This document shows, piece by piece, positions 9,271 to 17,505 of a DNA stretch of 20,110 nt. The notes under the pieces were generated by a model. The model saw nothing but the letters and a program-made list of their open reading frames with translations. It was not told the origin of the DNA and did not search any database. Every line of letters begins with the position of its first letter. The first letter of the stretch is position 1. Source of the DNA: Bacteriovoracaceae bacterium (GTDB taxonomy: Bacteria > Bdellovibrionota > Bacteriovoracia > Bacteriovoracales > Bacteriovoracaceae); NCBI GenBank assembly GCA_041586955.1, contig JBFGZE010000062.1:1-20110 (forward strand), written 5' to 3'. Made by a program: the position numbers and the translations under genes.

Positions 9271-9294
9271 TCATTTTTTCTTTTTTCTATTCAT
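9271..9294 (-). other. Candidate upstream mini-ORF MNRKKKK in the tsaD leader
   Basis: Minus strand reads ATG AAT AGA AAA AAG AAA AAA TGA, and the stop overlaps the tsaD SD (TGAGGTG). Its own SD is weak and translation is unproven. Confidence 0.3.
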
Positions 9295-9335
9295 GGCCTA
9301 ACGCAATTGGCGCATATGATCAAGCTTTAAGGGTA

Positions 9336-9364
9336 ATAGTACAGGGCATAGTCGGAATTGTCCG
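9336..9364 (-). promoter_or_regulatory. Possible sigma70 promoter for the tsaD operon
   Basis: Minus strand CGGACA, 17-nt spacer, TACTAT; only a partial consensus match. Confidence 0.3.
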
Positions 9365-9383
9365 TTGGAAAATGATGAGGCAA

Positions 9384-9392
9384 TGTGGATAA
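9384..9392 (-). promoter_or_regulatory. Single consensus DnaA box
   Basis: TGTGGATAA is the reverse complement of TTATCCACA and lies in the divergent intergenic region. A single copy may be chance. Confidence 0.3.
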
Positions 9393-9536
9393 CTTCTCGA
9401 ATATTCGTAATTTTCACCATAAAATGGGGAGAAGTGAGGGAATGGCCTTCAAATAAAATTTAAAGATGAAAAAGGTGGCAAACTTTCGTAAAATGAACAT
9501 GGTGCGGCACCGGTAAGGTGTAGGAAAGGAGTCCGT

Positions 9537-10385
9537 ATGCCCGTATTCTTGAGTCGATTTTTTGGGCCATTGGCCGCCTTTTTTCTGACTTCTTGTAGCA
9601 GTGTCTTTTATCAGCCCGATCGTGTTCTTTATAACAAACCCGAACAATTTAAAATTGATTATGAAAACATATTTTTTCCATCGCTAGATGAAACTAAATT
9701 ACACGGTTGGTATCTCTATTCAAATGATAAGAAAAAAGCACCTAAGGGCACCATTATTTTTTTTCATGGCAATGCTCAAAACTTATCAAGCCATTTTTTA
9801 AACTTAGCGTGGATGACCAAAAAAGGTTATGACGTTTTCATTTTTGATTACCGCGGTTATGGCCTAAGTGATGGTAGCCCAAATCAAAAAAATGTTTATA
9901 AAGATGCTTTGGCAGGTCTTTATAAAGGGTATGAATTTTTTAAAAAGCGAAAGGCCGAGAGGCTTATCTTTTATGGCCAAAGCTTAGGGGGGGCGATTTT
10001 AGGACGCGCCCTAGTGGATTTTCCTCATTATAAAGAGGGCAGTTTAGTGGTGCTGGATTCAACCTTTATGTCCTATAAGAAAATTGCCTTTGATAAGGCG
10101 GTCAATCTTTGGCCTACTTTTTTAATTTCACCCTTGGCCTTTGTCTTATTTAGCGATGAATACGCCTCGACTCCCAGTATTCCTAAAATTGAAATTCCTA
10201 CTTTAGTAATTCACGGTGTGAAGGACCAAGTGGTCCCCCATAAATTTGGGCAGGGTCTTTATGAAGCTTTAACCGTCATGGAAAAAGAGATGTGGAGTAT
10301 TGAAGACGGTCTACATACCGATGTTTTCTTTCGCCATGATCTTATCTACCGCCAAAAATTCTTAAAACGCCTTGAGGCACTTTAA
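9537..10385 (+). CDS. Alpha/beta hydrolase lipoprotein (ABHD13/17-like)
   Basis: Lipobox LTSC, FHGNAQN, FDYRGYG.S.G, nucleophile elbow GQSLGG, HGVKDQVVP and catalytic His in GLHTD; SD AAGGAG. Confidence 0.92.
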   Translation: MPVFLSRFFGPLAAFFLTSCSSVFYQPDRVLYNKPEQFKIDYENIFFPSLDETKLHGWYLYSNDKKKAPKGTIIFFHGNAQNLSSHFLNLAWMTKKGYDVFIFDYRGYGLSDGSPNQKNVYKDALAGLYKGYEFFKKRKAERLIFYGQSLGGAILGRALVDFPHYKEGSLVVLDSTFMSYKKIAFDKAVNLWPTFLISPLAFVLFSDEYASTPSIPKIEIPTLVIHGVKDQVVPHKFGQGLYEALTVMEKEMWSIEDGLHTDVFFRHDLIYRQKFLKRLEAL

Positions 10386-12025
10386 TCAATTTTGGGGCAA
10401 CTAACTTTTTGGTAAAATCCCATAAATTTTTCTTTATTGAGTTTCCCGGGCAATCCGCGCTTATCCCTATTATACCACTCCGGAGATTGATCAGGATTAT
10501 GGCATTTCAGGCAGCGGTTTTGAATATCATCGCGACGGGCCTGGGCGGTTGGCCTGGCACCATTATCAAAGGGGTGATCCACATGTTGGCCATGGCAATT
10601 CAAGCATTGAACATTGGCAAAATTAAAATCGACTTTATGAGTGTCATCTAATTGATCCCATTTCTTTTTAATGACTTTGATTTTGTCACTAGACATTTCT
10701 CGAATATCTTTAGTGTGGACAAAAAGTTTTTTCACTTCTGTCAAATATTGCTTTTTAAGTGTTTCTAGTTTTTTATCTTCTTGTGATTTATTTTTTTCAT
10801 CTGCGCCCATACCTTCATCATCTTCTCGCAATTTAACAATATCACTCAATTTTTGAAAACCATGAGGGTCGTTATGGCCTAGTGTATGGCAACCAATACA
10901 GGCCTGGTTATTTTCCTCTTTAGCATGGAATAAGGTACCAAGGGCAATACTATGAGCAGTGCCACCCCAAAAATTCGCCTGTGTCTGATGACATTCGAGG
11001 CAGCTATTGGCAGTGCTATAAAGGTAGTCTTTCGTACCTTGAGGTTCCATTAAAGATTGTTCCAACATTTGCAATTCAGACATTTTAGACTTGTGTTTTT
11101 GAATGAAGGCCTCATAGGGATTAGGAGAGAGTTTGGTCCGCAATTCATCGCGAATTTCTCGTAATTGATATTTATCTTGAGTGCGATTGCCGTTGAGTGA
11201 GATGATAATTTCACCCATATAATGGTTACGTGAGAGAACCTGAACTAATTGGGTGTTGCCAGAGGTTTTGGGGAATTTAGTAAAGCTTTGGCTATGGGCA
11301 CCAATCACCCAATTGATCTGGGGGTATTTCTCCACCATTTTTTGATCATTTTCCATACCTGAATGTGAAACAATGATTAACCGGTGGAAAGGATTTTTTT
11401 GGTCATAACCTTTTTCTTTAAGAAGCGCCAAGGCGGTTTTTAAAAAGGTTTCGTGGCCATAGAAAAATGGCCGTTCATCTGGTTTCAGGGTATCTGGTGC
11501 CACATAACCTAAAAGGAAAACGTTATGTTGACCACGTTTTATTTGCGCCCATTTTTTATGAGGGAGTGGATTGGCGGCAGTCGCATTGGAGAGTAATAAA
11601 GGAATTTCTTTTTCGATAACGGTCTTTTTTAAAAACTCCACACCAAGAGCGAAGTCCTGGTCACCCGGCACCATAAAATAGAGACCTAAATCTTTAAGGG
11701 CACCTGCCAGATTGCTGGCCTGAAAGGCTAAACTTTTGGCCATCGTATCAGGAATGCCACTGGAGGGAAAAAGAGCATCTCCACTATCAATATAAATGAG
11801 GTGATTTTCTTTTTTAATTTCTTGCATCAGGCCCGCAACTTGTGGGAGTCCTCCGAGTGGGAAATGACGGCAGCCGCAGGGGTGCGTTTCACCGTTAATA
11901 TTATGAGAAAAAAGAATCGAGAGATTTTTTTTATCCCCGGAGAGGGAGATCTTACCCTCGTCTGAATCTTTAAATAAATGACAGGAGCTTAAGAGCAGGA
12001 GAGCTGAGAGTAGAAATAACCGCAT
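10382..12025 (-). CDS. Lipoprotein fusing a degenerate 5'-nucleotidase/UshA-like metallophosphoesterase domain (CGC motif) to a four-heme c554-like cytochrome domain
   Basis: Lipobox LSSC; ILFSHNING..PCGC...PLGG, IDSGD, VPGDQDF, VSHSG, GAHSQ; four CxxCH motifs (CLECH, CIGCH, CLNCH, CLKCH). Confidence 0.85.
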   Translation of the reverse strand: MRLFLLSALLLLSSCHLFKDSDEGKISLSGDKKNLSILFSHNINGETHPCGCRHFPLGGLPQVAGLMQEIKKENHLIYIDSGDALFPSSGIPDTMAKSLAFQASNLAGALKDLGLYFMVPGDQDFALGVEFLKKTVIEKEIPLLLSNATAANPLPHKKWAQIKRGQHNVFLLGYVAPDTLKPDERPFFYGHETFLKTALALLKEKGYDQKNPFHRLIIVSHSGMENDQKMVEKYPQINWVIGAHSQSFTKFPKTSGNTQLVQVLSRNHYMGEIIISLNGNRTQDKYQLREIRDELRTKLSPNPYEAFIQKHKSKMSELQMLEQSLMEPQGTKDYLYSTANSCLECHQTQANFWGGTAHSIALGTLFHAKEENNQACIGCHTLGHNDPHGFQKLSDIVKLREDDEGMGADEKNKSQEDKKLETLKKQYLTEVKKLFVHTKDIREMSSDKIKVIKKKWDQLDDTHKVDFNFANVQCLNCHGQHVDHPFDNGARPTAQARRDDIQNRCLKCHNPDQSPEWYNRDKRGLPGKLNKEKFMGFYQKVSCPKID

Positions 12026-12037
12026 TCAATATCCTTA

Positions 12038-12805
12038 TTATTTTTTGGTGATAAGTGCTTGCGCTTCCTTGGCCTGCTTACTTTTGGGGTAGCGGGTAAT
12101 TAACTCTTGGAATGTTTGTTGGGCCTCTGCTGTTTGTTTGAGACGCGCGAAGGTTTTTCCCAGAACTAAAAGGCCGTTCTTATTGTATCCACTCTTTGGA
12201 AAATTGGCGTAGAGTTTACTAAAATAGGCGAGAGCGTCTTCATTTTTATTGTCCATATATTCGATCATGCCGAGGTTGTGATAGGCACGGGCCAATTGAT
12301 TACCCTTAAGCTTTTTATTGGCCAGCAGATTTAATAATTGTTTTTTGGCCGTTTTATATTTTCTCTTTTTATAATTCGCCATCGCCTCTTGATAGGGAGA
12401 AGATGATTTCTTTTTTTGGACTGTTTTTTTAGAGAGGCCTTTGAGGGTTTGAAGAACGGTTTGAATATATTCACCCTGTTTATTGATTTCGGATTTGAGG
12501 CCCATGATCATTTCTTCTTGGCCTTTGAGATTATTTTCATAAACCGTCAATTGCTCTTCCATCGCTTTAAGGCGTTGGTTTAATTCAAGATTGATTTTAT
12601 GATCACTCTCTTCAACCTTGCCATCGATTAAGGCCAAGCGCTCTTCTAAAACTTGAATACGCGAGGTGGTATCAGCGGTCAGCTTTTGGCTATCAGTTAA
12701 TTGGGTTTCGATAGTATCGACTTTTGCTTCACGCAAGATTTGTTCTTGAGTTTTGCAAGAATTAAAGAAAAGGCCTAGGCCTAAGATAAAAATTAAATAT
12801 TTCAT
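12038..12805 (-). CDS. cpoB: CpoB/YbgF-like lipoprotein (coiled coil plus TPR)
   Basis: Lipobox FNSC, long heptad region, TPR region ending A...FQELITRYPKSKQAKEA; lies downstream of pal. Confidence 0.8.
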   Translation of the reverse strand: MKYLIFILGLGLFFNSCKTQEQILREAKVDTIETQLTDSQKLTADTTSRIQVLEERLALIDGKVEESDHKINLELNQRLKAMEEQLTVYENNLKGQEEMIMGLKSEINKQGEYIQTVLQTLKGLSKKTVQKKKSSSPYQEAMANYKKRKYKTAKKQLLNLLANKKLKGNQLARAYHNLGMIEYMDNKNEDALAYFSKLYANFPKSGYNKNGLLVLGKTFARLKQTAEAQQTFQELITRYPKSKQAKEAQALITKK

Positions 12806-12827
12806 ATATAGTCCTCTTTAGGAGCTA

Positions 12828-13130
12828 TTATAGGTTCTCGAGAGCAGTTTTTCTAACAGAAACGTATTCTGCCCGTTCAGCGAATTTTTGAGATAATTTA
12901 GCGTATTGTTTGGCCTTATTAAAATACTTGCGGCGGTAAGAAGATTTGGCCTTGAGGTAGTAATATTCGGCCTTGCGAAAGAGGTTGGGAGCAAGGGTTT
13001 GAGCTTTGGCCTCGCGGGCAGCAATGAAAGCGGAGTGGGCAAGACTCATTTCAATCTTAGGACGTGTGGTGGTTAGGCCACACGCCCCTAGAAATAAACT
13101 TAAAATAAATACTTGAACAATTTTAATCAT
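12828..13130 (-). CDS. DUF4398-like small helical lipoprotein
   Basis: Start corrected to ATG at 13130 (MIKIVQVFILSLFLGAC, lipobox LGAC); A..AAREAKAQTLAP..F.KAE...KAK...A...AE pattern. Confidence 0.75.
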   Translation of the reverse strand: MIKIVQVFILSLFLGACGLTTTRPKIEMSLAHSAFIAAREAKAQTLAPNLFRKAEYYYLKAKSSYRRKYFNKAKQYAKLSQKFAERAEYVSVRKTALENL

Positions 13131-13135
13131 TAATT

Positions 13136-13633
13136 TTATTTTGCTGTTAAAACGAAGTTCGCTCTCCGATTTTGACTCCATGATGACTCATCATGGCCAA
13201 AAGATATAGGTCTTTCTTTACCAAATGAAATAGTCGAGATTCTCTTTGCAGCGATTCCCATGGAGACCAAATAATTTTTGACAGACTTTGCTCTATTTTC
13301 TCCGAGAGCAAGATTGTATTGAACACCACCACGCTCATCGCAATGACCTTCAACCTGAACTTCAACGGTATTATTCGCTTTAAGAAAAGAAGCGTTGCTG
13401 TCAAGTATACTCTTCGCTGTGCTTGTCAGGACGGCAGAATCAAAATCAAAATTAACTGTTCTTAGGCCACCGGCCTTATTGGAATCGGAATCGCCATTAA
13501 TTTGTAAATCTGATTCAGGCGCACTGGTATCTTCTGGGGCAGCACTACTCTTTGTTTGTGAGCCACAACTGGCCAAGCCAAGCGCTGTCACAACAAATAA
13601 ACTTAAAACCAACGGTTTGATTTTTAATAACAT
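13136..13633 (-). CDS. pal: Peptidoglycan-associated lipoprotein Pal
   Basis: Lipobox LASC, VNFDFDS, VEGHCDERG..YNLALGENRA, ISFGKERP, WSQNRRA; SD AAGGAG at 13640-13645. Confidence 0.95.
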   Translation of the reverse strand: MLLKIKPLVLSLFVVTALGLASCGSQTKSSAAPEDTSAPESDLQINGDSDSNKAGGLRTVNFDFDSAVLTSTAKSILDSNASFLKANNTVEVQVEGHCDERGGVQYNLALGENRAKSVKNYLVSMGIAAKRISTISFGKERPISFGHDESSWSQNRRANFVLTAK

Positions 13634-13741
13634 TTTGATCTCCTTAATTGATGTTTTTATTTTAATTTAATAAATATTTTGATTTCCTATAAACGAAGCT
13701 ATTATATCGGAAAAAGAGACATCAAGGAAGATGGGTTTAGT

Positions 13742-16528
13742 ATGTTTAAGAAATTATTACTGATTTTTATTGTTCTATCGTTTTCATTTTCGCAAAGTGC
13801 AAAGCCCGACCAGAAAGATAAAGAATTATGGAAAAAGCAAAAAGGTGAGCGTACTCATCGCTTTAAGTTGGCGACCAAAAGAGGGGATGTTCATTTTGAA
13901 ATCCATGGTAAAGAGCGCGATATTCCTTATATGGTGCGTGTAAAGGAAATCGTGAGACAAGGCGCTATGCCAATTCTCGATTATTTTGAATATGAACCTA
14001 CCACCCCTATTCATTTTGTTTTGCATGATGGTTATACCATCGCCAATGGGTTTGCCACGGTATGGTTTAAAAATGTTATCGGCCTATTTACCCATCCTCC
14101 TTTCGGCCATGGGCATCTAGTGACCGGTGAGGACTACCTTAAAGGGTTGGTTCTTCATGAATTGACTCATATTGTGCATATGGATCAGACGCGTGGTTTC
14201 CCTGCTGGGGTGCGTGCCATTTTTGGCTCAGTTGGTAAATGGGGTGGCGGTGTGCCTCGTTGGTTTACTGAGGGGCTCGCTGTTTGGGCGGAAACAAAAT
14301 TCACTCAAGGTGGCCGTCTGCGCTTAAAGATCTTTGATTATGAGGTGAAATCCCGTTTACTTGATCCCAACTTCTGTGACCGCATCAACTGTTTGGATGA
14401 CCCTGGAATTTACCCACACGGTTCGACTCCTTATTGGATGGGTTCTTTGTTTATGCAATACCTTGAGGACAGAAGAACTGGGACTATCCGTTGTTTGGTG
14501 CATGAAAATTCTGATAATGTACCTTTTTATCTCGATGATGCCTTTAAAAAATGTACTGGAAGTGGCGCTCAGCTTAATTTTTACGCCTTTCGCCTTTATA
14601 TGCTGGAGAAGATACGTAGCGAAAATAACGCCTTAAAAGCAAAAATAGGTGATACGGGTCAATGGTTGGATCTTAATAAAGGCGGCAATATTATTTTTCA
14701 ACATGGCCTGATCCCACTCAATAATCAATTTATTTTTACTCGTTCAGGAGAAGAGTTTGCCACGACGGTCCGCAGTAATTTTCAAGGCCGTGAAGTGTCC
14801 CGCCGTTTTGATTTTAATGTCTCGCAATTTGGCCAAGTTTATAATGACCATAAAAAACCCTATATTCTTCTGACTGGCGCAACTCGCGCAGCAGAGGAGA
14901 GAACGCGCCAGATCTATCGATGGAATCTTCGTCATAATGATGTGGAAAAAGTGGCAACCAAGGCCGGCGGGGATTACCCTTTTTATCTTGGTGATGAGAC
15001 CTTTGGATTTTGGCGCTACGAATTTCATAATTGGGCCCTTTATAAAGTAAAAAATGGCGTGGAAGAAAAAATGCTCTCCATGCCGGTTATGGAAGAGCTG
15101 AGTTTTCCACAATATATTGCCAGAGAAAATAAGATCTTTGCTTTGGTTTTTGATAAGCGAGTGAAGAATTCTTATAGTATTCGCGAAATCAATCTTAAAA
15201 CCAAAAAGACCACAATAGTCGCCAAAAGCACGTCTCCCTATGATTACCGAGGGATCTGCAGAGGACGGCCGATCTTTGGGCAAAAAGAAAACCTCTTCTT
15301 TAAAAATGCTAAAGGCTGGCAGCGCATTCCCGCAACCGATAATCTTGTCGCCCTTTATGGTTCAAAACATCAAACAATGCGCCTTTATTCCTCCCATCCA
15401 GGAGAGGGTCTTTTGACCACCAGTAATTGTGTGGATCATTTAAAAGGCCAACCTTTGCCCATTTTGGCAAAAAAAGAAGCAAAAAAACCGGTGCAAAAAA
15501 TGGCGACAGAATCCTATCCATCCTTGCGCCATTTCACACCTCGTTATTGGATGTTGTCCTATACGGGGGGGAGTGGTGAAAATCGCCTCTCTGCCTTCAC
15601 TTCTGTGCGTGACCCGCGAGACCATCACCACTTGTCTCTAAAAGGAAATTATTTTATTGATCAAGAAGAATACTCACCAACTGTTAGTTATGGTTATGAC
15701 CTTTTTGGTTACGGTGTGCTTATTGGTTACGATAAGCAATATTATTCCAGTACCCTGAGTGATTTGGCCTCGCTTGAAATGACTTATGCTGGAATTACCA
15801 AAACCAAACAATTGGGGGAGTGGAGTTTAAGTACGGGACTAAATGCTCGCCAAGCGAAAGAAAATGATTTTCTTGGGAAACGAAAATATCGCAGTTATTC
15901 TCTGGCGGCGGGGCTTTCCCTTCCCCGTTTATTTTCTGATGATTTTATTCAATATGCTTTTTTGAACGGTGAATATTCTCGGGAAGAAGTGGAGGGGGAG
16001 AAGGCCTTTTTTGTGAAGGGCGTTCATTCCAAATTTGGTTTTCGATTGGCCAAAAATCTCTATACTCATTTTCAAGGGCGTTATTCCAAGTCAGAGAGTG
16101 ATTCGCTAGTTAATGGCGCTATCTTTGGTGGTGGCACTCAGAGTATGGAACTTATCAATTATCACGATTTTTATGGCCTCGGTTATAAAGAAGCCTATGG
16201 CCTAGAAATGGCCTCCGGGCGCGCCCAAATTGAATATGAATTTATGAAGCGCTACTCTGGGCCACAATTTTTTCCAATTCTCTTTAAGCGTTTTAGTTTG
16301 CTGGCAGGAATGGATTATTTGAAAACTGATTTCGCGTTGATTCGCGCTGAAGGTAATTTCATCATCAATGAAGCACTGACGTCATTACATGCTGGGGTTC
16401 GCATGAAAGTAACCGCTTTCTATTTCTTACCTTTAGAGGTAGACGTATTGGCGGTGCGCTTATTGGATTATGAGACTCATGAAAATAATCAGGTGGCGCT
16501 TCTTTTTAATGCTGCTTACTATCCTTAG
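13742..16528 (+). CDS. Large outer-membrane protein: zinc metallopeptidase (HEXXH) domain, beta-propeller-like region, C-terminal beta-barrel (Omp85-like)
   Basis: Likely start ATG at 13742 (MFKKLLLIFIVL signal peptide); LVLHELTHIVH with third ligand in PRWFTEGLA; beta-rich repeat middle; YPSLRHFTPRYW junction then alternating aromatic strands. Confidence 0.75.
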   Translation: MFKKLLLIFIVLSFSFSQSAKPDQKDKELWKKQKGERTHRFKLATKRGDVHFEIHGKERDIPYMVRVKEIVRQGAMPILDYFEYEPTTPIHFVLHDGYTIANGFATVWFKNVIGLFTHPPFGHGHLVTGEDYLKGLVLHELTHIVHMDQTRGFPAGVRAIFGSVGKWGGGVPRWFTEGLAVWAETKFTQGGRLRLKIFDYEVKSRLLDPNFCDRINCLDDPGIYPHGSTPYWMGSLFMQYLEDRRTGTIRCLVHENSDNVPFYLDDAFKKCTGSGAQLNFYAFRLYMLEKIRSENNALKAKIGDTGQWLDLNKGGNIIFQHGLIPLNNQFIFTRSGEEFATTVRSNFQGREVSRRFDFNVSQFGQVYNDHKKPYILLTGATRAAEERTRQIYRWNLRHNDVEKVATKAGGDYPFYLGDETFGFWRYEFHNWALYKVKNGVEEKMLSMPVMEELSFPQYIARENKIFALVFDKRVKNSYSIREINLKTKKTTIVAKSTSPYDYRGICRGRPIFGQKENLFFKNAKGWQRIPATDNLVALYGSKHQTMRLYSSHPGEGLLTTSNCVDHLKGQPLPILAKKEAKKPVQKMATESYPSLRHFTPRYWMLSYTGGSGENRLSAFTSVRDPRDHHHLSLKGNYFIDQEEYSPTVSYGYDLFGYGVLIGYDKQYYSSTLSDLASLEMTYAGITKTKQLGEWSLSTGLNARQAKENDFLGKRKYRSYSLAAGLSLPRLFSDDFIQYAFLNGEYSREEVEGEKAFFVKGVHSKFGFRLAKNLYTHFQGRYSKSESDSLVNGAIFGGGTQSMELINYHDFYGLGYKEAYGLEMASGRAQIEYEFMKRYSGPQFFPILFKRFSLLAGMDYLKTDFALIRAEGNFIINEALTSLHAGVRMKVTAFYFLPLEVDVLAVRLLDYETHENNQVALLFNAAYYP

Positions 16529-16612
16529 AATAAAGGATAAGTAAGACTTGCATCCAAGGCCATATTTTGGTTTGATGGAAGTCATTATATCAGACTACGC
16601 ATTGGAGGAACT

Positions 16613-17428
16613 ATGAACCGTCCTCTTTTTTTGCTTCTCAGTCTTATTATCAGTTTATCCTCAAATGCCCAGCTTTTGATTGGTGGTCAGTCCTCTTCTA
16701 AAAGCACCTCGATCTTTAAAAGGGATCCACTGCATGCTTCTTTTATTATTGATACCTGGTCGGTGCGAGATAGGCAGGACAAAATCAACGGGATTTCTCA
16801 AGCCTATATCGCCTCAGGCAGTGTGGAGTTTAACCGGTTCTTTATCGATGACGCTTTTTTGGAGGCGGAATACTATATGAGCAAGGAAAGTGGGGAAGAA
16901 ATAGAATCCCATTTCGAGGCCTTGATCTTGGGAGTCAGTAAAGATATCACCGATTGGGTACCGATCACTAGACTCAAAACAAGATTATCCGCGGTTGCGA
17001 TTAAATTAATGGATGATGACATTATTGAGAGGCGCTCGCGTGAATATGAGGGTTCTATAGAAGGTCGCATGACTTATACCTTTAGCAATAGATTCCGCCT
17101 AAGAACCGCCTTAAAATATAAACATTATTTTAATACAACGAATGAAGAGGGGGTTTCTACCGAGCGAATTGAGCTCGATCTTCGCCCGTCCTATACGATT
17201 AGCAATCGCTTTAGTTTTAATCTCAGTATCGATAATGAATACCGCTGGGTTAAAGGTGCTCATCGCATTAACTCTAGCTGGGCCCCTACTGTGGTTTATT
17301 CTAAGGATTGGTTAACATTAGGTCTCTATGCTGATTATCATATTTATAATAAGGAGGAAAAATTCCGCAGCGTTGTCGATATTTGGGATGAGTCCCGTTA
17401 TGGCCTTTTTATGGTGCTTAGTATTTAG
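16613..17428 (+). CDS. Putative outer-membrane beta-barrel protein
   Basis: Signal peptide ending SNA; alternating-pattern strands (LDLRPSYTI, FSFNLSID, LTLGLYADY, YGLFMVLSI); SD GGAGG. Confidence 0.7.
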   Translation: MNRPLFLLLSLIISLSSNAQLLIGGQSSSKSTSIFKRDPLHASFIIDTWSVRDRQDKINGISQAYIASGSVEFNRFFIDDAFLEAEYYMSKESGEEIESHFEALILGVSKDITDWVPITRLKTRLSAVAIKLMDDDIIERRSREYEGSIEGRMTYTFSNRFRLRTALKYKHYFNTTNEEGVSTERIELDLRPSYTISNRFSFNLSIDNEYRWVKGAHRINSSWAPTVVYSKDWLTLGLYADYHIYNKEEKFRSVVDIWDESRYGLFMVLSI

Positions 17429-17448
17429 CAATGCAGCGTTGAGGAGGG

Positions 17449-17476
17449 TTGTGTATTCTCCAGAGCGCGCTACAAT
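17449..17476 (+). promoter_or_regulatory. Possible sigma70 promoter
   Basis: TTGTGT, 16-nt spacer, TACAAT, upstream of SD GGAG and ATG at 17506. Confidence 0.3.
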
Positions 17477-17505
17477 AGAAGAGTCATTCAAATGGAGTTT
17501 TGATA

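Noticed and set aside
9263..9536. Replication origin or structured ncRNA in the largest intergenic region
   Set aside because: There is only one DnaA box, no dnaA, gidA or parAB neighbours, and no convincing long stems or known RNA motif.
11870..11878. Possible selenocysteine codon in the UshA-like CGx motif
   Set aside because: Both positions are TGC (Cys) and the frame is uninterrupted, so there is no recoding here.
13131..13181. N-terminal extension of the DUF4398-like ORF overlapping pal (similar extensions at 972, 2143, 3189 and 13679)
   Set aside because: Downstream starts give proper signal peptides or SD spacing; the extensions come from longest-ORF calling.
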